DNA of 64,000 nt from Candidatus Cloacimonadales bacterium (lineage in GTDB: Bacteria > Cloacimonadota > Cloacimonadia > Cloacimonadales > WRIO01): positions 497-64,496 of the forward strand of contig JBAZCP010000005.1 in NCBI GenBank assembly GCA_041654875.1. The letters are read 5' to 3'. Position 1 is the stretch's first letter; each line of letters opens with the position of its first letter. This document shows, piece by piece, positions 52,878 through 62,446 of the stretch. The notes below the pieces were generated by a model, which had not been told where the DNA came from, searched no databases, and was given only the letters and a program-made list of their open reading frames with translations. A program made the translations under genes and the position numbers.

Positions 52878-55800
52878 ATGATGAAAAAAATATTTTTATT
52901 TATTCAACTACTAATACTCGCAACGTTGGCATATGCTCAATCATTACCTATCAGAAACTATTCAACAGACGATGGGTTGGTACAAAGTCAGGTATCACAA
53001 ATTTCCCAAGATAATAACGGTTATATATGGTTTTTAACTCTTGGTGGTGCTTCAAAATTCGATGGATACACTTTTTTAAATTACAATTTAGCGACAGGAT
53101 TAGCAACAAATACAATGAGCCAATTTGATGTTAATGACGACATTATCTATTTTATTGGTAATAACACAATTAGTATTGTTGAAGGAAAGAATATTATTAA
53201 ATATGATCAGAATTACTTTTTGGACGAGCTTCATGAAAAAGTTTTAAATATCGCATTAACTGGCGATTCTACAAAAACTTTCATCAACGTTGCAACAGAG
53301 TCAAAAATTTATAGATACAGCAATGATGAAAAAGTTTTCAAAGAGTATTACGATTTACGACAATTACCTGAACCAATTAACACAGATGCCCTCACAGTTC
53401 GATACCCAGATAATGACCACATAATGGTGCTATTTGACAAAAGTTGTTATTTAGTACATCTTCATGATAATAGCATTACAAACCTATTAGAAGAGCTTGA
53501 TATTTCATTAGAAAACGGCGGCTCAATTGGTTATTATGGAATCAATAATGATAAGGGAGAATACACATTATTTTATACGAATGAATCTTCAACAGAATCA
53601 AAAATCATTCAATATAATGTTTTGACAAAAGAAAAAGATTTGGTCTTGACAAGCAAAAACATTACTGAAATTGCGTATAACAGTGAATCAGGCTCTTCTC
53701 TCTATTATAAAAAAGACGACTACTATCAATTTGTAACAGCAGAAGGTAAAATATTTAACTATAATCCATTAACTAAAGATAGATTTTTTAGCGATGACTT
53801 AATTCAGCCCAAAAAAATAAATATGTCTAATGTCGTCAATGTATACTATCTTAATGATCATCTTTGGATAGGTACAAATGAGGGGCTTATTGACTACAAT
53901 ATTCAAACGAAGAAAACAAAAACTTATACAACCGATGATGGCTTGTCAAGCAACAATATTCAATGTATTTATGTCGATCGTGAAGACAATATTTGGTTAG
54001 GCATGAATGGCACAGGAGTTGATGTTGTTGTTCAAGGTAATATCAGTAATTATGATGCAAAAAATGGTTTATCTCATTCTGGTACAACTAACTGTACTGA
54101 AGGTGATGATGGCAGCCTATGGATCAGTTGCGATAATGGCTTATCACGATTATTGCCTGATGGGACCATAAAAAATTATAATTCAAATGATGGCTTACCT
54201 CATAATGACACATGGGCACTTTCTAAAGATACAAATGGACAGATTTGGGTAGGTACCTATAATACAGGGCTCGTTTCATTTGATGGAAAGAAATTTATTA
54301 ACAGAAGACCAAAAGAACTTGAACCTTATAGTGGCTACTTAACTGGTATATTTTCCGATTCAGAAGGTAATATTTGGGTGTTTATCAGGTATTATATCAT
54401 AAAATACGACAAGGATTATAACTATACTATTTACAAACAGCCAGAGTCACAATCTGTCTATGAGGTCGTAGAAGATAGTGATGGGCTTTTGTGGGGTGCT
54501 TTAGGGAATAAAGGTATAGCTGTTATGAATAAAAATGCAGAAATATTAGCTAACTACCCAATTGATACGCGAGTTTTCAATTCAATTATTGTAGGATTAG
54601 AGATTGTTGACAAAAACACTATTTTATGCTTTACATACGGTGAGGGAATTATTGAATTTGATAGAAACACAAAGCAATATAATAGAATCTTCAAATCCAA
54701 ATTACAGGACTATGGAATCACCAAAGCTCATGTAAGAGATGACGATGGTAATTTGTGGGTTGGGACTATAAAAGGCATAGTGAAAATTACTAAAGACAAT
54801 ATTATAAAAGAATTTAAGAAAGAAGATGGCTTGATTGGAGAAGATGTCAGAACAACAGGAGCATTTAAAGACAGTAAGGGTGTTCTTTGGTTCTGCACAT
54901 CAGCAGGACTTGTAAGAATAATCGCAGAAGAACAAAATATTGATTCTACTCCACCCAAAATGATTATTACCGATTTCAAATCAAAACAAACTCATAATAT
55001 CATTAATAATCAAAAAGTCACGCTTGCCCCCAATGATAGAACAATCTCAATAAGCTTTACAGGTATTGATTTAAGAAACCCAAATCGCGTACAATACTCA
55101 TATATTTTAGAGGATTTTGATCAAGATTGGTCACCGCTTTCCTTAGATAGATCGATCAGATATACAAACCTAAACAATGGGAAATACACATTCAAAGTAT
55201 ACTCGATTGATCATGCAGGCAATAAAAGTGAGATAAAAGAGATTGATATTGTTATTTTAACTCCATTTTGGAAGACATGGTGGTTCATTAGTTTGGAAGT
55301 TTTAATCCTGATACTTATTGTTATCGGTATTATTAACTGGCGATTAAGATTACTAAAAAGAAAGAATGAACAACTTGAATTCTTAGTTGCACTAAGAACC
55401 AAACAGCTTAAAGAAAAGAACGATCAATTGTTGAGTAGTATTAGATACGCTGAAAGAATACAAAAAGCTTTATTAGTTGATAAAAGCGATCTAAAGAAAG
55501 TATTTAAAGACCTATTTATATTGTTTTTACCTAAAGATATTATATCTGGTGACTTCTATTGGTATTATAAGAATGAAAATTATTATTACTTAGCTGTTGT
55601 TGACTGTACTGGGCATGGTGTTCCAGGTGCACTATTATCAATTGTTGGCAATATGCTTTTAAATGAAGCTGTTAATGGCATTCAGAATGCAAAGCCTGGA
55701 GAGCTACTAACAAGCTTACACGAAAATGTGAGACTTGTCCTTTCTCAAACTAATGAAAGAGGCGGTTCAAGAGACGGCATGGAGGTTGCACTTTGCCGTA

Positions 55801-56198
55801 TTAATAAGGATTTAACTGAGTTAGTATTTGCAGGTGCCAATCGTCCACTTTACTATTTTGAAAAATCAAACTTAAAGCAACTCAAAGAAGTGTCGGGAAC
55901 TCGTAAAGGAATTGGAGGTTTGCAACGCGAAGAATTTAGAGTTTTTGATGACACAACTATATCATTAGAGAATGTACATTCATTATATATGTATAGTGAC
56001 GGGCTGGTAGATCAAAATAATGCTGCTAATAAAAAGTTCTCATCAAGATATTTAAAATCTATTCTTAAAGATATAGTAAATAAAGATATGGAAGAACAGG
56101 AAAAAATAATCATTGACGAATTAACCAAACATAAAGAAAATGAACCACAAAGAGACGATATAACAATGATTGGTCTTGTTGTTCACAATAAAGTATAA
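52878..56198 (+). CDS. Sensor protein: beta-propeller repeats + Y_Y_Y domain + TM helix + SpoIIE/PP2C-type phosphatase domain (SiaA-like role)
   Basis: 1106 aa with a signal peptide. Repeated ...DGLSSNNIQCIYVDREDNIWLG... propeller motifs. Y_Y_Y region YSYILEDFDQDW...YTNLNNGKYTFKVY. TM helix WWFISLEVLILILIVIGII. PP2C motifs ISGDFYWY, VVDCTGHGVPGALLS, YMYSDGLVDQ and RDDITMIG. Confidence 0.8.
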   Translation: MMKKIFLFIQLLILATLAYAQSLPIRNYSTDDGLVQSQVSQISQDNNGYIWFLTLGGASKFDGYTFLNYNLATGLATNTMSQFDVNDDIIYFIGNNTISIVEGKNIIKYDQNYFLDELHEKVLNIALTGDSTKTFINVATESKIYRYSNDEKVFKEYYDLRQLPEPINTDALTVRYPDNDHIMVLFDKSCYLVHLHDNSITNLLEELDISLENGGSIGYYGINNDKGEYTLFYTNESSTESKIIQYNVLTKEKDLVLTSKNITEIAYNSESGSSLYYKKDDYYQFVTAEGKIFNYNPLTKDRFFSDDLIQPKKINMSNVVNVYYLNDHLWIGTNEGLIDYNIQTKKTKTYTTDDGLSSNNIQCIYVDREDNIWLGMNGTGVDVVVQGNISNYDAKNGLSHSGTTNCTEGDDGSLWISCDNGLSRLLPDGTIKNYNSNDGLPHNDTWALSKDTNGQIWVGTYNTGLVSFDGKKFINRRPKELEPYSGYLTGIFSDSEGNIWVFIRYYIIKYDKDYNYTIYKQPESQSVYEVVEDSDGLLWGALGNKGIAVMNKNAEILANYPIDTRVFNSIIVGLEIVDKNTILCFTYGEGIIEFDRNTKQYNRIFKSKLQDYGITKAHVRDDDGNLWVGTIKGIVKITKDNIIKEFKKEDGLIGEDVRTTGAFKDSKGVLWFCTSAGLVRIIAEEQNIDSTPPKMIITDFKSKQTHNIINNQKVTLAPNDRTISISFTGIDLRNPNRVQYSYILEDFDQDWSPLSLDRSIRYTNLNNGKYTFKVYSIDHAGNKSEIKEIDIVILTPFWKTWWFISLEVLILILIVIGIINWRLRLLKRKNEQLEFLVALRTKQLKEKNDQLLSSIRYAERIQKALLVDKSDLKKVFKDLFILFLPKDIISGDFYWYYKNENYYYLAVVDCTGHGVPGALLSIVGNMLLNEAVNGIQNAKPGELLTSLHENVRLVLSQTNERGGSRDGMEVALCRINKDLTELVFAGANRPLYYFEKSNLKQLKEVSGTRKGIGGLQREEFRVFDDTTISLENVHSLYMYSDGLVDQNNAANKKFSSRYLKSILKDIVNKDMEEQEKIIIDELTKHKENEPQRDDITMIGLVVHNKV

Positions 56199-56228
56199 AT
56201 GATAATAAAAATTAATCAAGGAGTTTTG

Positions 56229-56813
56229 ATGGTAAACAATCATAAAGAACACGATTTTTACATGTCTGATTCTGATCTGTTTTCCCTATATTCGAGTGGG
56301 GGGCTTGAAAAGACAATTTTAATGTTCAAAGGACTTTTAACACAAGATATCTTGGTTGTTTTGGCTGAAATGTTAGCAAATAATTTATCTAATGATCCAA
56401 GACAAAAAACAACCAAGAAAATGTTTTCAATCTTCGTAGAACTTGCACAGAATATACATCGTTATTCAGAAGAAAGATTCATATCTGAAGGAAAAGAAAT
56501 TGGTGCAGGAATTGTATTAGTTAATGAATTTAAAGACTATTACACTCTTATTTCGGGCAACATCGTTCAAAATAATGTTTATCTATCCCTCAAAGAGAAA
56601 GTAGACACCTTAAACAAAATGGATGACACAGAATTAAAATCATATCGAAAAGAAAAACTTAAACAAAAAAGAAAAGAAGGCGATAAAGGAGCAGGTGTAG
56701 GATTAATTGATATTGCAAGAAAAGCTTCTAAGCCGATAGGACTCAAAGAAAAAAGACTTGAGAATGATCTTTCGTTTATTAGCTTCTATATTTTACTTGA
56801 AAAGGAGTTTTAA
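56229..56813 (+). CDS. SiaB-like GHKL-fold protein kinase (DUF6272-type)
   Basis: The ATG at 56229 lies 5 nt after AAGGAG; the ORF-track start is 56199. Contains ILMFKGLLTQDILVVLAEML... and GAGVGLIDIARKASKP, resembling the SiaB family as I remember it. Confidence 0.6.
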   Translation: MVNNHKEHDFYMSDSDLFSLYSSGGLEKTILMFKGLLTQDILVVLAEMLANNLSNDPRQKTTKKMFSIFVELAQNIHRYSEERFISEGKEIGAGIVLVNEFKDYYTLISGNIVQNNVYLSLKEKVDTLNKMDDTELKSYRKEKLKQKRKEGDKGAGVGLIDIARKASKPIGLKEKRLENDLSFISFYILLEKEF

Positions 56814-57211
56814 TGGAGAACTTATATATTGAGGGAAGTAAATTTACTATGGAAGTCAACTATAATGCCGAAACAAACTTATGCATTATGAAAGGGAATT
56901 CTTACCCAGAGGATGCAATCAACTTTTTTGAGCCCTTAAATGAATGGTTAGAACAATATATAGAGGAAATTAACAAACCATTAACAATGGAAATTCAACT
57001 ATACTACTTGAATTCAAGCTCTTCTAAATGTTTTATGGATATTTTTGATATTCTTGATGAATACCAAGAAGATGGAGGCAGCGTAATAGTAAAATGGTTC
57101 TACGAGAGAAATGATGATGAAATACGAGAAGCAGGAGAAGAACTACTTGAAGATATGAGCTTTAAGTTTGAGTATATTGAGATTCCAGAGTCATCATTAT
57201 ATGAGGCATAA
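56813..57211 (+). CDS. DUF1987 (SiaC-like) partner-switching protein
   Basis: 132 aa. Contains IMKGNSYPEDAINFFEPLNEWLEQY and LYYLNSSSSKCFMDIFDIL. TAATG overlap with the upstream gene. Confidence 0.7.
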   Translation: MENLYIEGSKFTMEVNYNAETNLCIMKGNSYPEDAINFFEPLNEWLEQYIEEINKPLTMEIQLYYLNSSSSKCFMDIFDILDEYQEDGGSVIVKWFYERNDDEIREAGEELLEDMSFKFEYIEIPESSLYEA

Positions 57212-58203
57212 TGAATAGTAAAAAAACAGAAAACCAAGTAGATAAATCTGACAGAGATACTCAGTTAAAAAAGTTTTATCGAAGTGAGTTTGAGCTATAT
57301 GAAGAGTGCATGGATATTGCTCAAGAAAAAGATGCACAAGAAAAGGTTTTTAAAGCTTATGAAAGATTATTAAAAGCATATTATAAGAACCTGAGAATGA
57401 GTTTGAAGATTACAAATATTGGTGATTCAACACAAAACAAACTTTTAAAAACACAAGAAGCTCTAAGAAATCAAGAAGAAAAATTAAGAGCAATATTTGA
57501 CAATGCAATTTCAAGCATCATTACGATTGATCTTCAGGCAAAGTTTTTGTCATACAATAATAATTGGTTACAAATGATAAATCAAGAAGATGTGCCTATG
57601 GAAGAAAAATACTTTCATGAATTTCTGCATAATGAAGATAAAGAGAAATTCATTGTTGAATTTGACTCTCTAATTAAAAAAGAAAATAACTATTTCAGAT
57701 TGCTCCTTAGGCTATTTGATCAAGAAAAATATTTTTGGTCTGACTGTTCTGCTTCGATTATTCATAACAAAGAAAATAACCCAGAATCAATAATTATCAT
57801 TATTAATAATATTGATGAACAAATCAAAACACAAGAAAAGCTTGCTGAATCTTATTTGCAACTTAAAAATGCACAAGATGAAATCTTAAAATTAGAAAGA
57901 GAAACAACAGCACTGGCAATGGCAGTCACAGCAAATCACGAAATAAACCAACCTTTAATGGTAATTAAAGCCAATCTTGATATGTTAAAACTTAAAATTG
58001 ACCCCAATAATGTTGATACATATATAGATAAATATATGCAAAGAATTGATGAGTCTGTAGATAGGATAAGCTCGATATTAGATAAGTTCAAGAAAACACA
58101 AGAGGTTGAATTTAACGATTATGGTGGAAATACTACTATGGTAAGTTTTAATTACGATTCAGAATTTGATGATGGGCTTGATGACCCGTTTGACGATTTG
58201 TAA
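57211..58203 (+). CDS. PAS + HisKA-type DHp domain protein without HATPase domain, acidic C-terminal tail
   Basis: 330 aa. Coiled coil, PAS-like region, H-box NHEINQPL, and no N/G1/G2 boxes. Ends ...DSEFDDGLDDPFDDL. TAATG overlap with the DUF1987 gene. Confidence 0.65.
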   Translation: MNSKKTENQVDKSDRDTQLKKFYRSEFELYEECMDIAQEKDAQEKVFKAYERLLKAYYKNLRMSLKITNIGDSTQNKLLKTQEALRNQEEKLRAIFDNAISSIITIDLQAKFLSYNNNWLQMINQEDVPMEEKYFHEFLHNEDKEKFIVEFDSLIKKENNYFRLLLRLFDQEKYFWSDCSASIIHNKENNPESIIIIINNIDEQIKTQEKLAESYLQLKNAQDEILKLERETTALAMAVTANHEINQPLMVIKANLDMLKLKIDPNNVDTYIDKYMQRIDESVDRISSILDKFKKTQEVEFNDYGGNTTMVSFNYDSEFDDGLDDPFDDL

Positions 58204-58224
58204 TAGCTATATATGAGATAAGAT

Positions 58225-59451
58225 ATGTTTATTTATAATTTATTTTTGAGAATTGCGTATATAGTTTTCTTTCCTATTCTATACTTTTTATTTAGAAACA
58301 ATAATTTTAAACAAAGATTTAGAATAAAAGAACTAAGCTTGACCGACACAATTTGGATACATGCATCATCTATTGGCGAAGTTAATGCAGTCAAACCTCT
58401 TCTTTTAAAACTGATTAGATTATACCCAAGACGCTCTTTTGTAATGACATGCATGACAAAAACTGGCTTGGAGAATGCAAAAAAAATAAACAATAAGCTT
58501 ACTGTTTTGCCATTCCCTTTTGATATGCCGCATATAATAAAAAGATTTGTACGTGTAATAGATCCTTCTCTTATTATACTTGTTGAAACAGAGATTTGGC
58601 CCAATTTAATAAATATTGCTTATAAGAATAAAATACCTGTCGCTATTGTAAATGGAAGAATATCAGATAAATCTTACCCACGATACCACTATACACGTTT
58701 CTTTTGGAAAAACATCTTTAAAAAAATTATGATTGTAAATGCACAGTCCGAGAAAGATTCTCAAAGATTTAAGAGTCTTGGAAGTAAAAATGTATTAAAC
58801 TCGAATAACCTTAAATTCTCATGTGATTTTCCAGAATATGATAAAAGTGAATTAAGGAAAGCATGGGGCTTTTCATTCAATGACATTATAATATCCTTTG
58901 GAAGCACCAGGCCTGGCGAAGAAAAAATAATTATTGATTTAGCAAGACAATTAAAACATGAAATACCTCGTTTAAAGATTATAGTAGTGCCACGACACCT
59001 CCATAGGATAAATGAGGTTAAAAAGCTGTTAAAAAGACATGAATACAGCTTATTTTCTGAGAATATTCACGATAGACTCATTACAATTGTTGATGAGATG
59101 GGTATTTTAACACAAGTATATGCCTTATCAGATATAGCGATTATAGGCGGTAGCTTTTCAAATTTTGGGGGTCATAATCCTCTTGAAGCTGCAGCATATA
59201 AAAATGCTCTGATTATCGGACAATACCATCAATCCTGCCGCGATATTGTTGAAAAACTACATGAAAGCAACGGTATCATTATTGCAGATGAAAATAGCCT
59301 ACACCAAGAAATAACAAGACTTATGAGTAATATTGAAATAAGAAAAATGATTGGTAATAATGCATTTAACGTTATTGAAGCTAACAAAAATAGTATTGAC
59401 CTACACATAAATAATTTGCAAGAAGTAATTAGTATGAAAGAAATAGTATGA
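58225..59451 (+). CDS. waaA: 3-deoxy-D-manno-octulosonic acid (Kdo) transferase
   Basis: 408 aa. Motifs IWIHASSIGEVNAVKPLL, VETEIWPN and GGHNPLEAA. Confidence 0.85.
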   Translation: MFIYNLFLRIAYIVFFPILYFLFRNNNFKQRFRIKELSLTDTIWIHASSIGEVNAVKPLLLKLIRLYPRRSFVMTCMTKTGLENAKKINNKLTVLPFPFDMPHIIKRFVRVIDPSLIILVETEIWPNLINIAYKNKIPVAIVNGRISDKSYPRYHYTRFFWKNIFKKIMIVNAQSEKDSQRFKSLGSKNVLNSNNLKFSCDFPEYDKSELRKAWGFSFNDIIISFGSTRPGEEKIIIDLARQLKHEIPRLKIIVVPRHLHRINEVKKLLKRHEYSLFSENIHDRLITIVDEMGILTQVYALSDIAIIGGSFSNFGGHNPLEAAAYKNALIIGQYHQSCRDIVEKLHESNGIIIADENSLHQEITRLMSNIEIRKMIGNNAFNVIEANKNSIDLHINNLQEVISMKEIV

Positions 59452-60449
59452 TAAAAAAAACTAAAGCATCTTATTGGCATAAGCTTGAAAATCTAAATAT
59501 CCAGTGCCAATTATGTCCAAATTTGTGTGTTATTGATAATAATCATAGAGGCATTTGCCGAACAAGAATAAATGAAAATGGTGTTTTGTATACTGAAACA
59601 TACGGTAATATCTGCTCAACAAACATTGATCCTATTGAAAAAAAACCTCTTTTTCATTTTTATCCAAATACAAAAATCTATTCAATCGGATGCAACTCAT
59701 GCAACCTTAGCTGTCAATTCTGTCAAAACTATGAAATTAGTCAATACGAAGTTCCTATCTTATATATAGCACCTGACAAATTACTTGATATGGTGTTGAA
59801 AAGTCAAGCAAAATCAATTGCATTTACTTACTCAGAACCGCTAATGATGACAGAATATTTACTTGATTGTCTTCCTTTATTTAAACAATATCAAATAAAA
59901 ACAGTTTTGGTTTCAAATAGCTTTATTAATGAAAAACCGCTCTTGGATATAATACCCTATGTGGATGCATGGAATGTCGATTTTAAGAGTATTTCAAATG
60001 ATTTTTATCATAATATTTGCTCAGCTGATTTAGATATTGTAAAAAGAAACATAAAAATTATTGCAAATAATGCACATTTAGAAATCAGCTTTTTACTCAT
60101 ACCTACTTTAAACGATAGCGATGAGGAAGTATTGGAAATTGCGTCATTTATTAAATCTATAAATCCAAATATCCCTTTACATATCAATAGATATCACCCT
60201 GCTTATAAAATGCAAATACCTGCAACACCCATAAAAACATTAGTTAATGCTTATGATATTGCAAAAACACAATTAAAATATGTGTATATTGGTAATATTG
60301 GTAAATCTGATTATAATCAAACTTATTGCCCAAATTGTAATACCCTACTTATTGATAGAAACAATTCCGTTGATTATTCAAAAAGTATATCAAACAATAT
60401 ATGTAGCAATTGCAACCATCCGATCTATGGACACTTTTGTAAGTTTTAA
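59448..60449 (+). CDS. AmmeMemoRadiSam-system-type radical SAM enzyme
   Basis: N-terminal CQLCPNLCVI...GICRTR, radical-SAM motif CNLSCQFCQN, C-terminal CPNC...CSNC cluster. Confidence 0.65.
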   Translation: MIKKTKASYWHKLENLNIQCQLCPNLCVIDNNHRGICRTRINENGVLYTETYGNICSTNIDPIEKKPLFHFYPNTKIYSIGCNSCNLSCQFCQNYEISQYEVPILYIAPDKLLDMVLKSQAKSIAFTYSEPLMMTEYLLDCLPLFKQYQIKTVLVSNSFINEKPLLDIIPYVDAWNVDFKSISNDFYHNICSADLDIVKRNIKIIANNAHLEISFLLIPTLNDSDEEVLEIASFIKSINPNIPLHINRYHPAYKMQIPATPIKTLVNAYDIAKTQLKYVYIGNIGKSDYNQTYCPNCNTLLIDRNNSVDYSKSISNNICSNCNHPIYGHFCKF

Positions 60450-60458
60450 GAGAATTAC

Positions 60459-60845
60459 ATGAACTATAGCATTATAAAAGACATTAAGAATACTTTATCA
60501 AAAGCAGATATAGCGTTAATTATTGTTGTCATTTTAATTTCAACAACTTCTTTATTTTGTCTTGGCTTATCTAAAAAGCCAAACACAATTATTGTGCATC
60601 TGGATAATAAAGACTTTAATGAATATGATCTCAATAAAGATCAAATTATCGTAATAAATAATCATAACACAGTTGAAATTCGCGATAAGAAAGTTAGAAT
60701 GTTATATTCTGATTGCAAAAACCAACAATGTGTAAAACAAGGTTGGTCAGAAAAAGTGCCAATTATTTGTGTACCAAACAAACTAAGTATTAAGTTTTCG
60801 ACCAAAGAATCAACCATTAATCAAGAAATGCTAATAACGTACTAA
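60459..60845 (+). CDS. NusG domain II-containing membrane-anchored protein
   Basis: 128 aa with an N-terminal TM helix. Contains DCKNQQCVKQGW...IICVPNKLSIKF. Confidence 0.5.
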   Translation: MNYSIIKDIKNTLSKADIALIIVVILISTTSLFCLGLSKKPNTIIVHLDNKDFNEYDLNKDQIIVINNHNTVEIRDKKVRMLYSDCKNQQCVKQGWSEKVPIICVPNKLSIKFSTKESTINQEMLITY

Positions 60846-60846
60846 C

Positions 60847-62391
60847 ATGAAAAGAATTTTACTGTTAATATTTGTTTTTTTACTCTTGGTAAGCACATTT
60901 TTTTTCATAAGTAGCAAGTTCACCGATAGCGTTACAATAAAGCAAATTAAAGTTATCTCAGTATCAGCTATGAAATGGGTCTTTCTTCTAATGATCATAT
61001 CTATTATACTGTTAGTTATAAAAGAAAACTCCAACCCTGTAAAAACATTAGCATGGGTGCAAGTCTTAATATTTCTGCCAGTGATTGGATTTATCCTTTA
61101 TATTGTATTTGGTATCAATTACAGAAAGAAAAAACTATATAAGAAGAAGTCAAAAAAAGACTTTGCAACTATTGACTCGATTATTTTTAATAAAAACTTA
61201 CAAACTAATGACTATTACAATGTTCTAAAAAGTAAAAGTAAAAATGCACACAAACTGATCAATTTACTTTATAATAACAGCAAGGCTGTTCTTTGTTTAT
61301 ATAACAATATTAGTGTTTTTTATTCTGGAAAAGAGAAAATTGATTCCCTTTTTAAAGATATAGTTGATGCACAATCATCAATTCATTTAGAATATTTTAC
61401 AATAATGGACGATAAGACAGGTTATAGATTACAGGAATTATTATTGCAAAAACTGTCTGAAGGAGTGCAAGTACGCATCATATATGATTCTGTGGGTTGT
61501 TGGCGTACTAAAAGAAAATATTGGAATAAAATTAGAGATGCAGGAGGAGAATGCTACCCATTCTCAGCAACTTTTCTTCCTTTCCTCTCAAGTAAACTAA
61601 ACTATAGAGATCATCGAAAGATTGCTATTATTGATGGTAAATACGCTTATATTGGTGGCGTAAATATCGGAGATCAATATATGGGTTTGTCTAAACATTT
61701 TGACTATTGGAGAGACACTCATTATAGGGTAACAGGTCAAGCATGTGCTATTATTCAACAAATGTTTTTACTGGATTGGCTGTTTGTGTCGAAACAAGAT
61801 GAATTTAAAGCTCAGTTTTTTCCCAAACACAATGTAACTCATTTATGCCCTTTGCAAGTGATTAGCTCTGGTCCTGATTCTGATTGGCAAAATATTCATC
61901 AAGCGTATTTTGAGATGATTTGCAGTGCACGCCAAAAGTTGTATATCCAAACTCCTTATATGTTTTTGGATGAAAGTATATTAATGGCATTAAAAATTGC
62001 TGGCTTATCAGGAGTTGATGTAAGAATTATTCTTCCTCACAAGTCTGACCATACATTCGTACACTTTGGAACAAAATCTTATTATTATGAGCTTTTGGAA
62101 GCTAATGTTAAGCTATATGAATACACAAAAGGATTTATGCATGCTAAAGTAATTATTGTTGATAATGAGCTTTGCTCGGTAGGCTCTGCTAATCTCGATA
62201 TTAGAAGCTTTAGTCAAAATTTCGAAATGAATGCACTTGTTTATGAAGAAAATGAAGTTCAAAGACTTTTGGAAAGCTTTTCCATCGATTTAGAAAATAG
62301 CATACAAATAAAAATTGAAAACATAAAAAAGAAAAAAGTGTTTCATAGATTTATTGAATCATTTGCAAGGTTATTTTCACCAATATTTTAA
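60847..62391 (+). CDS. cls: Cardiolipin synthase
   Basis: Two N-terminal TM helices and two HKD motifs (HRKIAIIDGKYAYIGGVNIGD; HAKVIIVDNELCSVGSANLD). Confidence 0.9.
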   Translation: MKRILLLIFVFLLLVSTFFFISSKFTDSVTIKQIKVISVSAMKWVFLLMIISIILLVIKENSNPVKTLAWVQVLIFLPVIGFILYIVFGINYRKKKLYKKKSKKDFATIDSIIFNKNLQTNDYYNVLKSKSKNAHKLINLLYNNSKAVLCLYNNISVFYSGKEKIDSLFKDIVDAQSSIHLEYFTIMDDKTGYRLQELLLQKLSEGVQVRIIYDSVGCWRTKRKYWNKIRDAGGECYPFSATFLPFLSSKLNYRDHRKIAIIDGKYAYIGGVNIGDQYMGLSKHFDYWRDTHYRVTGQACAIIQQMFLLDWLFVSKQDEFKAQFFPKHNVTHLCPLQVISSGPDSDWQNIHQAYFEMICSARQKLYIQTPYMFLDESILMALKIAGLSGVDVRIILPHKSDHTFVHFGTKSYYYELLEANVKLYEYTKGFMHAKVIIVDNELCSVGSANLDIRSFSQNFEMNALVYEENEVQRLLESFSIDLENSIQIKIENIKKKKVFHRFIESFARLFSPIF

Positions 62392-62446
62392 TGTTATTTT
62401 TTATATAAGATCTGTGTTGCATAATCATGATTAAAGGGGGGTTCCA

